Made by a program: the position numbers and the translations under genes
The notes under the pieces: model-generated
The model's input: only the letters and a program-made list of their open reading frames with translations
The model's database searches: none
Told to the model about the DNA's origin: nothing
Sequence record: MN648445
Strand: one strand, 5' to 3'
Length of the DNA: 64,000 nt
Source: Escherichia phage FP43
In this document: in pieces, positions 37,756 through 50,077 of the stretch
Layout of the letters: each line of letters starts with the position of its first letter
Position numbering within the stretch: position 1 is the first letter of the stretch

Positions 37756-38421
37756 TTAATAATAGCCGAAATCTTGAACAGAATCTTTAATTACAATCTG
37801 GTCGAAACGAGGAACATGATTAGCCTCAGACGCCGGATTCTGTGAGAAAAAGTTTGGTGCTGTTAAAGTACCAGTCATGGTATCGCCTTTACGCAATACA
37901 CGGGAATTTGCGTTATCCGTAACAATATTTATTCGTCCATCAACATAATCTTTTCTTGTGAGATCATTTGCTGCAACCGGCGCAGTAGCGTTAGAACGGA
38001 CAGGACCAGTTGCATAAATACCACCTTTAGTGCTGATATCACCAGTACGAGTGTTAACAACAACAGTTCTACCTGCAGATCCTTGTGATGATTTAAAACC
38101 AATGCCATACCATGAAACAATATCAATATTTGCTGTATCAAAAGTAGCAGCATCGCCATTGCCAGGATAAATACCACTTTGATTTGTGTTATTTACGGCA
38201 TAAGGTACTTGCACACCATTATTAAATGTTACTCGAGCGGCATACGTACCACCATTAGCTTTAGAAACGAAATCGTTATCAGCCGCTTGTGGTTTATTAT
38301 ATTCTGAATAGAGTTTAAACGTTTTATACAGGACGTCATCACCTGCTGGCATTAAAGGGAAATTACCTTGATGCCATATAACAGCACCGCCAGTTGTACT
38401 ACCAGCTTTTAAATCGGCCAT
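37756..38421 (-). CDS. 36: gp36 tail fibre hinge connector
   Basis: 221 aa; synteny. Confidence 0.85.
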   Translation of the reverse strand: MADLKAGSTTGGAVIWHQGNFPLMPAGDDVLYKTFKLYSEYNKPQAADNDFVSKANGGTYAARVTFNNGVQVPYAVNNTNQSGIYPGNGDAATFDTANIDIVSWYGIGFKSSQGSAGRTVVVNTRTGDISTKGGIYATGPVRSNATAPVAANDLTRKDYVDGRINIVTDNANSRVLRKGDTMTGTLTAPNFFSQNPASEANHVPRFDQIVIKDSVQDFGYY

Positions 38422-38445
38422 AGTTGTCTCCTTATATGTATACCA

Positions 38446-38453
38446 TATTTATA
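38446..38453 (-). promoter_or_regulatory. late promoter TATAAATA (minus strand) for gene 36
   Basis: TATTTATA on the plus strand about 25 nt upstream of gene 36 ATG. Confidence 0.55.
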
Positions 38454-38477
38454 CAAAAATAGGAGACCGAAGTCTCC
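38454..38477 (-). terminator. terminator on minus strand after gene 35
   Basis: GGAGAC-4nt-GTCTCC hairpin with T-rich tail on minus strand. Confidence 0.5.
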
Positions 38478-38483
38478 CTAAAT

Positions 38484-39611
38484 TTATTCTGATGCTTCTT
38501 TAAATTCTTGTCCAAATACCTTACCAGTATCAGTTGAAGATTGAGTAGGTAGTGTCATTATGTCTGGGGCACTTAAAGATTCTGAAACATAATTTACACG
38601 AATACCATTTATACCAAACTCGGCCGGTTTTGAAACGCTTCCATTATATGATACTTCAGTGAATATAACGTTTCTTAATCCACCTTGCCCAACTGGAGCT
38701 GTACGATAACAATAAATCGTGAACCCGTCAGCACCAGCAGGAATTTCTATGTAGTCTTCATATATCTTCCATTCACCTGCACCCCCATCAAAGTTTATAT
38801 CCTTAAATGAAATAGGTGAAGTAGAAGGAGATTTAAAGAAACGAATAGAAAGTCGTGTCGTCCCTTGTGCTAACAAATCAGCATCGGCCATTAGTTGGAA
38901 TTTCATATAAAGGAAATCTCCAGGCTTCAATTTATACCCGGCGAGAGGTGTAATAACGGATGTTGTAGGCATCCTTTTAATTTCATTATTAGTACCTCCA
39001 ACAGCAGATAAAAATGTGTCTGTCGATTCGTACGTACGTCTAGGGAAGCCGGTAGCACCAATATCATCGATCGTGTCGTACACAACATCAAGTGGTGTAC
39101 TATAGTCGGTTGAAGTTTTCTTATTACTATACTTAATATGTTCTAGCGCTATAGCATTCTTACCAGAAATATAAAATGCAGAATAAGAAATGTCCACTAT
39201 ATTTAAAACTTGTTGAGCTAATGGAATAGCAGAACTCCCAGCTTTAGTAAACCATGCAAGAACTTCAGGTGGAAAGTTTGTTTTAGCGTTAGTAACAAGA
39301 GCAAATATAAAATTTGAAGCATACGCGTCCATGAAAGTAACAAATGCACTTGACGTGGCGTCGTTTTCAGTAGAGAAATTATATGTCTTAGATTCAACTA
39401 CTGCACCTGTTGTAGGATTTATTACACGAACGTTTAATCCAACGGAAAAAACCTGGGACCCAAGTGGATTATCTTGGAACTTAATATAAGCAGGAGATGT
39501 TGATAGCGGACAAGAGCCCGCTATGCTTAATTTAAATCGTACTGAATTGCTTTCCGATAAAAATGGCGTTTGGACGTATCCTTGTCCAAACTTAGCCATA
39601 AATTTTTCCAT
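38484..39611 (-). CDS. 35: gp35 tail fibre hinge protein
   Basis: 375 aa; synteny. Confidence 0.85.
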   Translation of the reverse strand: MEKFMAKFGQGYVQTPFLSESNSVRFKLSIAGSCPLSTSPAYIKFQDNPLGSQVFSVGLNVRVINPTTGAVVESKTYNFSTENDATSSAFVTFMDAYASNFIFALVTNAKTNFPPEVLAWFTKAGSSAIPLAQQVLNIVDISYSAFYISGKNAIALEHIKYSNKKTSTDYSTPLDVVYDTIDDIGATGFPRRTYESTDTFLSAVGGTNNEIKRMPTTSVITPLAGYKLKPGDFLYMKFQLMADADLLAQGTTRLSIRFFKSPSTSPISFKDINFDGGAGEWKIYEDYIEIPAGADGFTIYCYRTAPVGQGGLRNVIFTEVSYNGSVSKPAEFGINGIRVNYVSESLSAPDIMTLPTQSSTDTGKVFGQEFKEASE

Positions 39612-39619
39612 AATACCTC

Positions 39620-42600
39620 TTATTCAATCCACTCAAATTTAACAGATTTATTCACAGGGTCTGGAATAACGCGGACATTACCAATCCTTAAGAAATCCCT
39701 TATTGTCAAGTTTCCGATTGTTGCATTATCAGAAGGTAAAGCACCAATATCAGAAGGTTGAGGAGGGTTTCCACCATCAAATACCTGAACAAAACTTGAC
39801 CAAGAATTTTTAGTTTTCTGCCATGTACGTGTCCAACGGGTTGTACGTGCCTCTGGAGTTGTTGGATAAGTAATCCAATCTTGGTAAAGCGAATCAAGTG
39901 TATTACCAAACTGAGTCAATGTACCAGGAGATTTAACTTCTTCGCCACGTTCTAAGTATGGAAGCCCAGTCACTTCATTAGTTTTTTCAACCATTTTAAA
40001 ATAACCCGGGAACTGGTTATAAGTGGCTGAATCATTAATATCGATTGACCAGAATCCTACGGTATCAGATGTTGGCGCGCGGGTATATAAATCAGATGCT
40101 TTAGTACCCTGAGAACGAATTCTCGAGTTAACAGTTAAACCACCTGAATTTATAGTAGCACCTTTGGCAATGATTAAGCCTTCACCAATCGTTACTTGGC
40201 CAGATGCATTATTAATAGCCAAAGGACGTAATCCATTAAATCCACCGGTCTGATCACCGGATGCAGTAAGCATAAAATAGGTATTAGCAGCATCATTACG
40301 AATAAAGAATCCGTAATTACCACTAATTGCTCTGAATGCGTTTGCACTATAGGTTATAAATTCACCCTGTGCTGTCACCGAACGTCCAAATGTTGCCGCA
40401 CCATTAGCATTCAATGTTCCGGATGCATTAACATTAATCGGCCGAACTGTACCGTTGATGCTGAAAGTAATATTACCAAGGTTATCCCGTTGTGAATAAA
40501 AGTGGTTAGATGTTTCATCACCAACTTCAAATATCGTAGCACGAGATGTATCAGAACCGCCGGCGAATTGGTTACCCCATACACGGATATTCATCGCCTG
40601 AGCAGGGTTGTTTCCAGTTTGTGGACCTTTTTCAAATATTAAGCGAGTTGAAGCACCTGTATTAGAAATAGTTAATGTACTATTAGCAGATACCGAACCA
40701 CCAAACGTAGCAGTACTAGATGATACAAGAGGGGCACTCAGATTCGTTTGTTGGGTTAAGGTTAGTGAACCATTAACCGTCTGCGCAATGTCCCTACGAA
40801 TGAACTGAGATGAATCTAGGCCATCTAATAAATTTGCATCAGCAGCTTTAGCTTTCAATGGCAAATAGTTAGCAAGTACACGGTTTAATTCATATGGAGA
40901 TATAGCATAGCTATTTTTTTCATACGATTCTAAAGGTTGTGTTGAACCAACTGTATCATTACCAACAAATGTAATAGAACCAGATGAAGTTTTAACGAAT
41001 CCGCGAATTGCTGTAGTAGCAGCCCATGTTGGTTCATTCTGGACAATCCATTTTAAATTCTTAGGAGATACAGCAGTATTAGCAGAAGTTCCTGTTACAG
41101 TTTCAGCCTGAGTAGCAACCTTAATTACGCCTTCAGACGTTTCAGTGGACTTAGTCCCTAAAAGCTTTTTAGGAGTAATAAGAACATCATCTAAAGTTCC
41201 TGCATTAGATTCTGCCTGGGTCGCTACGCGAAGTGTACCACGTTGTGTTTCATTTGCTTTATAAATATCAAGAGTATAATGGTTCCACAAGGTTCCTTCT
41301 TCAATAAGTCCGGAATCAGAATTAACACTGGTACGGTCAGAAGAATCAAAATGAGTTTTAATTTTCAGTGGAGTCGAGATACGAGTATCATCAGTTCCAG
41401 TATCAAATTCAACTTGCGTAGCAATTTCGGCTATGCCGGATAATCCTTCCGTAGCTTTCCTATCATTTAACGTCTTAGGCGTTACTGCACGTGTATAATC
41501 AGTCCCAGCATTAGTTTCTGCTTGCGTAGCAATTTCAATTAAACCAATACGTCCATCAGTAGAAGTTTTCTTATGTAGTGTTTCAGGAGTTACTACAGCG
41601 TGAGAATAACCTGCTTGTGATTGACCAGCAATTACTTCACTATCAACAGCTAAAATTACTGCACCTTGTTGAGCATAAGTTGCTTTATATTGGTCAAGGG
41701 CTTTAGGAGAAATAGTTAAATTATTTACGGTTTTATTATAAACGTTAGTGCCTGCAGCCCCACGAGTTTCAGCAGGAGTAGCAGAAGTAGTTGATACATA
41801 TTTAACTATACCAGACAGTGTTTCAGAACCCTGACGTGCCTGTAATTTCTTAGGTGTAATAATCGTTGTGTCATCAAGACCAGCATCGGTTTCAACCTGA
41901 GTAGCAATTTCAGCAAGACCACGACGAGTTTCAGTTGCTGTACGCTCATTTAATTTTTTAGGCGTAACAATAGTATCGTCCACAAATGCTGCTGTGGAAT
42001 TCTGGTTAACTTGTGCTGTTGTAGCAATTTTAGCGATACCACGTCGAGCTTCAGTTGCTGTACGATTTGCCAACGTTTCAGGAGTAATAGCCACTTCTTT
42101 AGCTGGAGTATTCTCTAAATCAACATTTGCTTGCGCTTGAGTAGCAAGAGCAATAACACCTAAACGAGCTCGTGTAGCATCAGTTCCAGCATCGACACGT
42201 TCTACGGTTGGGACGTTTTGTTGAACAACCCAATAACGTGTACCAGCAACGGTGTCTTCGATATACGCTAATTCTAATACAGGAACATATGAAGTAGTGC
42301 CATTGAATTCTAGTTCAGTAACAGAGACCCATTGAGCATCAGGTGGATATTCAGAACGTTTAGGGAACTGAAGCAATGCAACAGTGGAAGCAATTGTATC
42401 ACCTTCGGCAGCTTTAATTTTTACTGTTTGGCCTTTACGCATGTAGTTCATTGAAATTTTAACAGTGTCACCACTCAAAATTCCGGTAGGCAGCGTAAGA
42501 TTAATAGTTCCGGTTGTAGCGTTATTTGTGCCAAAGATAAGAACTTCTTCATTTGGACGAATATTTGAATCCGCACGGATAATACGAAGACGCGATTTCT

Positions 42601-43495
42601 GGTCGCCTTCCCATATACGCCATAAACTATTTGCAGCATCAAAAACAAAAAACGCGTCAGAGTCATTTCTGCCTTCAGCAATATGAGTCCCGACTTCACC
42701 AATAGACGTTGTATCATCAAATGTTTTAACAATTGTATGATACAGTGGGTTTAATCTATCTAAATCGACTAGGCTGATTATATCACCATTGTTAGCATTA
42801 CGTGGAAGTGTAATGTTGATTGGTGCTGCACTAGTAAAACGACGAACGATAAAATCATTTGCTTGTGCTTGATATGGTGTCGCAGGTGTAACAGTGATTG
42901 ATTCTTTACCATAATCGGTAATATACATCTGCCACAAACGATTACTAAACACAAACAATAGTTGTGAACGTGGGCGCGTCATTAAAACCGTACGAACTTG
43001 TTCACCTCTAAAGTTTAAAATACTCTGTACAGACGCGTTAATCTGTACTTTAACTGTCCCGGTTCGTCCACCAATATCAGCCAAAACAACAGTATCACCA
43101 TCAACTGGAGTATTTGGCAATGTAAAAACCATATCATTGCCGGCCCCAGTGTTAACCGAAATCGATTCACCTGAAGAAAGTTGATAAGTCCCAGAAGCGA
43201 CAGTTATCCATTGTGCATCAGTACGAACTGCACGCCATTGTAAAAGGTTAAATGCCCCGGAAGGAGACACGATATCATTTATTGCTTGATATAAACGGTT
43301 GTCATAAAGAACAACAAATCCTTTGTTGTATCCACGCGTAGAATCATATACTTGAACGGTGTTTTCTTGTACCAGGAAGTCAACGTTTACGCCATCAGTA
43401 CCTACTGTACGGTCGGCTAATGCTACGTTAACAATCTTGTCGCCACCGGCGTCCAGACCGTCTTCGGCTCTGAACTTACGTTTGATGTCGGCCAT
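39620..43495 (-). CDS. 34: gp34 long tail fibre proximal subunit
   Basis: 1291 aa; repeated TP(K/E)xL ... ATE ... G ... IAT motifs; N-terminal MADIKRKFRAEDGLDAGGDKIVNVALADR. Confidence 0.9.
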   Translation of the reverse strand: MADIKRKFRAEDGLDAGGDKIVNVALADRTVGTDGVNVDFLVQENTVQVYDSTRGYNKGFVVLYDNRLYQAINDIVSPSGAFNLLQWRAVRTDAQWITVASGTYQLSSGESISVNTGAGNDMVFTLPNTPVDGDTVVLADIGGRTGTVKVQINASVQSILNFRGEQVRTVLMTRPRSQLLFVFSNRLWQMYITDYGKESITVTPATPYQAQANDFIVRRFTSAAPINITLPRNANNGDIISLVDLDRLNPLYHTIVKTFDDTTSIGEVGTHIAEGRNDSDAFFVFDAANSLWRIWEGDQKSRLRIIRADSNIRPNEEVLIFGTNNATTGTINLTLPTGILSGDTVKISMNYMRKGQTVKIKAAEGDTIASTVALLQFPKRSEYPPDAQWVSVTELEFNGTTSYVPVLELAYIEDTVAGTRYWVVQQNVPTVERVDAGTDATRARLGVIALATQAQANVDLENTPAKEVAITPETLANRTATEARRGIAKIATTAQVNQNSTAAFVDDTIVTPKKLNERTATETRRGLAEIATQVETDAGLDDTTIITPKKLQARQGSETLSGIVKYVSTTSATPAETRGAAGTNVYNKTVNNLTISPKALDQYKATYAQQGAVILAVDSEVIAGQSQAGYSHAVVTPETLHKKTSTDGRIGLIEIATQAETNAGTDYTRAVTPKTLNDRKATEGLSGIAEIATQVEFDTGTDDTRISTPLKIKTHFDSSDRTSVNSDSGLIEEGTLWNHYTLDIYKANETQRGTLRVATQAESNAGTLDDVLITPKKLLGTKSTETSEGVIKVATQAETVTGTSANTAVSPKNLKWIVQNEPTWAATTAIRGFVKTSSGSITFVGNDTVGSTQPLESYEKNSYAISPYELNRVLANYLPLKAKAADANLLDGLDSSQFIRRDIAQTVNGSLTLTQQTNLSAPLVSSSTATFGGSVSANSTLTISNTGASTRLIFEKGPQTGNNPAQAMNIRVWGNQFAGGSDTSRATIFEVGDETSNHFYSQRDNLGNITFSINGTVRPINVNASGTLNANGAATFGRSVTAQGEFITYSANAFRAISGNYGFFIRNDAANTYFMLTASGDQTGGFNGLRPLAINNASGQVTIGEGLIIAKGATINSGGLTVNSRIRSQGTKASDLYTRAPTSDTVGFWSIDINDSATYNQFPGYFKMVEKTNEVTGLPYLERGEEVKSPGTLTQFGNTLDSLYQDWITYPTTPEARTTRWTRTWQKTKNSWSSFVQVFDGGNPPQPSDIGALPSDNATIGNLTIRDFLRIGNVRVIPDPVNKSVKFEWIE

Positions 43496-43525
43496 TCGTT
43501 TTTCCTTTATTGTTTCAATAATACT

Positions 43526-43533
43526 TATTTATA
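43526..43533 (-). promoter_or_regulatory. late promoter TATAAATA (minus strand) for gene 34
   Basis: TATTTATA on the plus strand about 30 nt upstream of gene 34 ATG. Confidence 0.6.
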
Positions 43534-43536
43534 CCA

Positions 43537-43566
43537 GTTTACGCTTTCAAATGAGTGTGTTACTAT
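43537..43566 (+). promoter_or_regulatory. early-type promoter for rnh
   Basis: GTTTAC 43537-43542 and TACTAT 43561-43566; divergent from the gene 34 late promoter. Confidence 0.55.
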
Positions 43567-43598
43567 AGACAAGTTGACTAACTGAACAAGAGGTTCAT

Positions 43599-44516
43599 AT
43601 GGATTTAGAAATGATGTTGGATGAAGATTACAAAGAAGGTATTGCACTTGCCGACTTTAGTAACATTGCGTTGGCAGCCGCATTAAACAACTTTGAAGAT
43701 GGCGATAAAATTACTGTTCCAATGGTTCGCCATGTAATATTGAATTCAATTCGTAAAAACGTAGTGATGTTCCGTAAGCAAGGCTATACAAAATTTGTAT
43801 TGTGTATGGATAATGCTACTTCAGGTTATTGGCGACGTGACTTTGCTTACTATTACAAGAAAAATCGCAAAACCGATCGTGAAGCTTCAAAGTGGGATTG
43901 GGAAGGATATTTTACTGCACTCCATCAAGTTGTTGATGAGATTAAGAAATACATGCCATACGTTGTAATGGATATTGACAAGTATGAAGCGGATGACCAT
44001 ATCGGTGTATTAACTAAATATTTGTCATTAGCTGGTCATAAGGTATGTATTGTTGCATCAGATGGTGACTTTACACAATTACACAAATATCCTAACGTTA
44101 AACAGTGGTCGCCACCACAGAAAAAATGGGTTAAAATTAAGAATGGTTCTGCTGAAATTGATTGCATGACTAAAATTCTTAAAGGCGACCGTAAGGATGG
44201 TGTTGCATCTGTTCGAGTTCGTGGTGACTTCTGGTTTACTCGAGTTGAAGGTGAACGAACTCCAAGCATGAAAACATCAATTATTGAAGCAATTGCTAAC
44301 GACCGTTCTCAAGCTGAAGTATTATTAAGTGCAGAAGAATATAAACGGTATCAAGAAAATTTGGTTCTCATTGATTTTGATTATATCCCTGATAATATTG
44401 CTTCAACCATTATAGAGTATTATAACTCGTATAAACAACAACCTAAAGGCAAGATTTATTCATACTTTGTAAAATCTGGTCTTTCTAAATTAACAAGTGT
44501 AATTAATGAATTCTGA
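43599..44516 (+). CDS. rnh: RNase H (5'-3' exonuclease / flap endonuclease)
   Basis: 305 aa; close match to recalled T4 RNase H throughout. Confidence 0.9.
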   Translation: MDLEMMLDEDYKEGIALADFSNIALAAALNNFEDGDKITVPMVRHVILNSIRKNVVMFRKQGYTKFVLCMDNATSGYWRRDFAYYYKKNRKTDREASKWDWEGYFTALHQVVDEIKKYMPYVVMDIDKYEADDHIGVLTKYLSLAGHKVCIVASDGDFTQLHKYPNVKQWSPPQKKWVKIKNGSAEIDCMTKILKGDRKDGVASVRVRGDFWFTRVEGERTPSMKTSIIEAIANDRSQAEVLLSAEEYKRYQENLVLIDFDYIPDNIASTIIEYYNSYKQQPKGKIYSYFVKSGLSKLTSVINEF

Positions 44517-44523
44517 GGTAAAC

Positions 44524-44793
44524 ATGGCTAAGAAAGAAGCAGTTGAATTTAATCAAGATGTGCATGGTGAAGAACTGGCTAAACTAGTCAAGGAAGCTTC
44601 CGATAACAAACTTAAAATTTCTGGTTATAATGAACTGATTAAAGACATTCGTACTCGTGCTAAAGAAGAGCTTGGTGTCGATGGAAAAATGTTTAATCGT
44701 TTGTTAGCTCTTTATCATAAAGATGCTCGTGACCAATTTGAAGCTGAAAACGAAGAGGTAGTCGAGCTTTATGACACAGTTTTCACTAAGTGA
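44524..44793 (+). CDS. dsbA: DsbA double-stranded DNA-binding protein
   Basis: 89 aa from ATG 44524 (GAGG RBS); between rnh and gene 33. Confidence 0.7.
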   Translation: MAKKEAVEFNQDVHGEELAKLVKEASDNKLKISGYNELIKDIRTRAKEELGVDGKMFNRLLALYHKDARDQFEAENEEVVELYDTVFTK

Positions 44794-45109
44794 TATTAAA
44801 CCGGTTGATGAGGCCGGTTTATCTGAACAAGAATTAGCAGTAAAACATGATAAAGATGATATCGCTAAATTGCTTGACCGCCAAGAAAACGGATTCATTA
44901 TCGAATCTATGGTTGAACAATTTGGTATGTCTTATTTAGAAGCAACAACTGCTTTCTTGGAAGAAAATTCTATTCCAGAAACACAATTTGCTAAATTTAT
45001 TCCTACAGGAATTGTTGAAAAAATTACAAGCGAAGCAATTGACGAAAACATGCTTCGCCCATCAGTTGCTCGTGGTGAAAAAACTAATACGTTAGATTTC
45101 TTATTATGA
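44771..45109 (+). CDS. 33: gp33 late-transcription co-activator
   Basis: 112 aa; synteny dsbA-33-59-32. Confidence 0.75.
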   Translation: MTQFSLSDIKPVDEAGLSEQELAVKHDKDDIAKLLDRQENGFIIESMVEQFGMSYLEATTAFLEENSIPETQFAKFIPTGIVEKITSEAIDENMLRPSVARGEKTNTLDFLL

Positions 45110-45759
45110 TTAAAATACGCATGCCTCCTGATGGAGAACGTTATATTAACGGAAAATCGGTATACAAACTATACTTGATGTGCAAACAACATTTTAATGG
45201 TCGGTATGACGTAATCAAATATAACTGGTGCATGCGTGTTTCGGATAATGCGTATCAAAAACGCCGAGATAAATATTTCTTTGAAAAACTAGCAGAGAAA
45301 TATAAATTGAAGGAACTCACCTTGATATTCATAAGCAACTTAGTTGCTAACCAAGACGCATGGATTGGTGAGATATCAGACGCTGATGCATTAGTTTTCT
45401 ATAGGGAATATATTGGACGTCTCAAACAAGCTAAAGAGACGTTTGCCGAAGACGTACGTAACATCTACTATTTCAGTAAGAAAGTTGAAGTTAGTGCGCT
45501 TCAAGAGATATTTGATTATAATAACAACGTTCAGTCGAGCTACATATTCAAATTGCTACAAAGCAATATAATTTCATTTGAAACCTTCTTGTTGTTGGAT
45601 TCATTCTTGAATATTATAGATAAGCATGACGAACTTACTGACAATTTAGTCTGGCAAAATTATTCTACAAAATTAAAGGCATATCGAAAAATACTTCAAA
45701 TCGATGGAAATGCTGCTAAGAAATTGTTCATAGAAACAATCAAATCATGTAAGTATTAA
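45106..45759 (+). CDS. 59: gp59 helicase loader
   Basis: 217 aa; synteny upstream of gene 32. Confidence 0.8.
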   Translation: MIKIRMPPDGERYINGKSVYKLYLMCKQHFNGRYDVIKYNWCMRVSDNAYQKRRDKYFFEKLAEKYKLKELTLIFISNLVANQDAWIGEISDADALVFYREYIGRLKQAKETFAEDVRNIYYFSKKVEVSALQEIFDYNNNVQSSYIFKLLQSNIISFETFLLLDSFLNIIDKHDELTDNLVWQNYSTKLKAYRKILQIDGNAAKKLFIETIKSCKY

Positions 45760-45789
45760 GCTTTATTTCTTGTGTGTTAAAATTACTTT

Positions 45790-45797
45790 ATAAATAA
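45790..45797 (+). promoter_or_regulatory. late promoter TATAAATA upstream of gene 32
   Basis: exact TATAAATA. Confidence 0.5.
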
Positions 45798-45806
45798 ATC
45801 ATACCA

Positions 45807-45875
45807 GCTACGAGGTATAAGTGTCGTAGCAACCAACTGTAAATAAATTAAATAATCTAAATAAAGGTAAATATA
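45807..45875 (+). promoter_or_regulatory. gene 32 translational operator (hairpin/pseudoknot element plus unstructured A/U-rich tract)
   Basis: 7-bp stem GCTACGA/TCGTAGC (45807-45813/45824-45830) followed by about 45 nt of (U)UAAA-rich sequence up to the gene 32 ATG. Confidence 0.6.
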
Positions 45876-46775
45876 ATGTTTAAACGTAAATCTACTGCTG
45901 ACCTCGCTGCTCAAATGGCTAAACTGAACGGTAACAAAGGTTTCTCTTCAGAAGATAAAGGCGAATGGAAGCTGAAGCTAGATGCATCAGGTAATGGTCA
46001 AGCGGTAATTCGTTTCCTGCCAGCAAAAACTGATGACGCACTACCATTTGCAATTCTTGTTAACCACGGTTTCAAGAAAAATGGTAAATGGTATATTGAA
46101 AATTGCTCTTCTACACATGGTGATTACGACTCTTGTCCTGTATGTCAGTACATTATTAAAAATGACCTGTACAATACCAACAAAACTGAATATTCTCAAC
46201 TGAAACGTAAAACTTCTTATTGGGCTAATATTCTGGTTGTTAAAGACCCTCAAGCTCCAGATAACGAAGGTAAAGTATTTAAATATCGTTTCGGTAAAAA
46301 GATTTGGGACAAAATCAATGCAATGATTGCAGTTGATACCGAAATGGGTGAAACTCCGGTTGATGTTACTTGCCCGTTTGAAGGTGCCAACTTCGTTCTG
46401 AAAGCTAAGCAGGTTTCCGGTTTTAGCAACTATGACGAATCTAAATTCTTGGGTCAATCTGAAATTCCTCGTATTAATGACGAAGCATTCCAGAAAGAAC
46501 TATATGACCAGATGGTAGACCTTACTACTTTGACGGCTAAAGACCAGTTCAAATCCTTTGAAAAATTAAATGAATCTTTCGCTAAGGTTCTTGGTACTGC
46601 CGCTCTTGGTGGTGCAGCAGCTGCCGCAGCTTCTGTTGCAGATAAAGTTGCTTCTGACCTCGACGATTTTGATAAAGACATGGAAGCCTTTAGTTCTGCA
46701 AAAACTGAAGATGACTTCATGAGTTCCTCGTCTTCTGACGATGGCGACCTCGATGACCTGTTAGCTGGTCTATAA
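45876..46775 (+). CDS. 32: gp32 single-stranded DNA-binding protein
   Basis: 299 aa; N-terminal [19 protein letters not shown], Zn-binding [11 protein letters not shown], acidic Ser/Asp-rich C-terminus. Confidence 0.93.
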   Translation: MFKRKSTADLAAQMAKLNGNKGFSSEDKGEWKLKLDASGNGQAVIRFLPAKTDDALPFAILVNHGFKKNGKWYIENCSSTHGDYDSCPVCQYIIKNDLYNTNKTEYSQLKRKTSYWANILVVKDPQAPDNEGKVFKYRFGKKIWDKINAMIAVDTEMGETPVDVTCPFEGANFVLKAKQVSGFSNYDESKFLGQSEIPRINDEAFQKELYDQMVDLTTLTAKDQFKSFEKLNESFAKVLGTAALGGAAAAAASVADKVASDLDDFDKDMEAFSSAKTEDDFMSSSSSDDGDLDDLLAGL

Positions 46776-46782
46776 TAAATTG

Positions 46783-46803
46783 GGAGACTTCGGTCTCCCT
46801 TTT
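46783..46803 (+). terminator. rho-independent terminator
   Basis: GGGAGAC-TTCG-GTCTCCC followed by TTTT. Confidence 0.75.
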
Positions 46804-46831
46804 GGGCATCTGTAACTTACCTAAAAAAGTT

Positions 46832-46860
46832 GTTTACTTCCTCCAAGGACATGATACTAT
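46832..46860 (+). promoter_or_regulatory. early-type promoter
   Basis: GTTTACTTCC and GATACTATAGACCTATCA. Confidence 0.5.
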
Positions 46861-46889
46861 AGACCTATCAACAACATGAGGAAATCAAG

Positions 46890-47276
46890 ATGGAAATCGG
46901 AAAAACTTATATCATTAACCCTTTATTTAAAGATGACTTTGTCCAAGAAGCTCCACGCAATAACAGCCGGATGCTAGATTTGATCGAGAAACATGGCCCA
47001 AGTTTTGTTGTGGAAGAAGATGAATATGATGGCGACGGCTACAACGTAGTATGTGTAACCATGGAAGATGGCACAGAATGTTCTGCTGGCGGTCCGGCAG
47101 AAACTTATTTTGAAATTTATCCTGACGAGTTCAAATACTTCAACGAGGTGACTTTAGAAAAGCCTCAACCTATTGACGAAGGTATAGTTTTAGGTGTAAC
47201 AAAAATTCATTGTGTCGTGGATGAAACTAACGTTGACGAAATCATCGAACTTTTGCAAAAAACTTTTAAAAAGTAG
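46890..47276 (+). CDS. hypothetical protein, paralog 1 of tandem pair
   Basis: M(E/K)IGKTYIINP ... HGPSFVV ... DGTE shared with next ORF. Confidence 0.65.
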   Translation: MEIGKTYIINPLFKDDFVQEAPRNNSRMLDLIEKHGPSFVVEEDEYDGDGYNVVCVTMEDGTECSAGGPAETYFEIYPDEFKYFNEVTLEKPQPIDEGIVLGVTKIHCVVDETNVDEIIELLQKTFKK

Positions 47277-47313
47277 TATACAAAAAGATAGGACTATGTT
47301 ATAGTAGTCCTAT
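47276..47313 (+). promoter_or_regulatory. early-type promoter with 9-bp stem (ATAGGACTA/TAGTCCTAT)
   Basis: GTATAC 47276-47281; inverted repeat 47288-47296/47305-47313. Confidence 0.55.
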
Positions 47314-47337
47314 CAAAACAAATGAGAGGAAATCAAA

Positions 47338-47700
47338 ATGAAAATTGGAAAAACTTATATCATCAATCCAGAATGTAAAGCTATCTTCGCCAATGAATGC
47401 CCACAAAACGCCGATATGCTGGCTTTGATTGAGCTTCATGGTCCTAGTTTTGTTGTAAAAGACATGAACACAGATTATGATGATGATAAATGTGTAACCC
47501 GTGTAACTATGCGAGACGGTACTGAATTCGGTTTTGATGGTAAGCCAGGTTCATATTTTGAGCTTTATGATGATGAGTTTAAACACTTCATCGAGGTATC
47601 TCCAGAGTCTATTTCTAAACAATCACTCATCTTTGAAGTGACTACGGAAAATGCTCGAGATGTGATTGCAGAAATTAAAGAAATTTTTGGAATAAAATAG
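47338..47700 (+). CDS. hypothetical protein, paralog 2 of tandem pair
   Basis: see paralog 1. Confidence 0.65.
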   Translation: MKIGKTYIINPECKAIFANECPQNADMLALIELHGPSFVVKDMNTDYDDDKCVTRVTMRDGTEFGFDGKPGSYFELYDDEFKHFIEVSPESISKQSLIFEVTTENARDVIAEIKEIFGIK

Positions 47701-47737
47701 TATACAACAGAGTAATGGTGTGATACTATTACTCTGT
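47700..47737 (+). promoter_or_regulatory. early-type promoter with 10-bp stem (ACAGAGTAAT/ATTACTCTGT)
   Basis: GTATAC 47700-47705; perfect inverted repeat 47707-47716/47728-47737 with GATACT in loop. Confidence 0.6.
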
Positions 47738-47765
47738 CAAAACAAATGAAGCAACGGAGAATAAA

Positions 47766-48014
47766 ATGAAATTACAACGCCAAAGCATTAACGATTCTGA
47801 AGTTAAAGGCAAATGGTACTTCAACATCCTTGATAAAGATGCTGAACTCCTTGAACAAGCTGAAGCAGCTTTACGTGAAATGGGCTGGAATGAAGAATGT
47901 GATGGATGTCCACTTTATGAAGACGGCGAAAGCGCAGGATTCTGGATTCACCACTCCGACGTTGAAATGTTCAAAGCTGATTGGAAAGTTGTTAAAGCAA
48001 ATCTGAGGAAATAA
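47766..48014 (+). CDS. hypothetical protein
   Basis: 82-aa ORF. Confidence 0.55.
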   Translation: MKLQRQSINDSEVKGKWYFNILDKDAELLEQAEAALREMGWNEECDGCPLYEDGESAGFWIHHSDVEMFKADWKVVKANLRK

Positions 48015-48016
48015 AA

Positions 48017-49792
<1,776 letters not shown>

Positions 49793-49794
49793 AA

Positions 49795-50048
49795 TGATTT
49801 TACGTTTTATTAATTCATATGGCACCACAATTTTTGAAATGAAAAATCCAAGTGAACTGGATATCCCTTCACCGAATAGTGAAATCACAGTTAAAGGTGA
49901 ACGATTCATTTGCCATTCACATGAACGAATTTATGAATATCGTGAATTTTGTGGTGGATTCGGTATGGAAAAAGAGCCTCTGGTTTATTTCGATATTACA
50001 GTCTTGACTCCTAAAGAATATGAAGAAATTATTGCTGAGGATAATTAA
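49795..50048 (+). CDS. hypothetical protein
   Basis: 84-aa ORF between td and nrdA. Confidence 0.45.
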
Positions 50049-50077
50049 CGCTTCAGTTTAAAAGTGTATAATAAATT

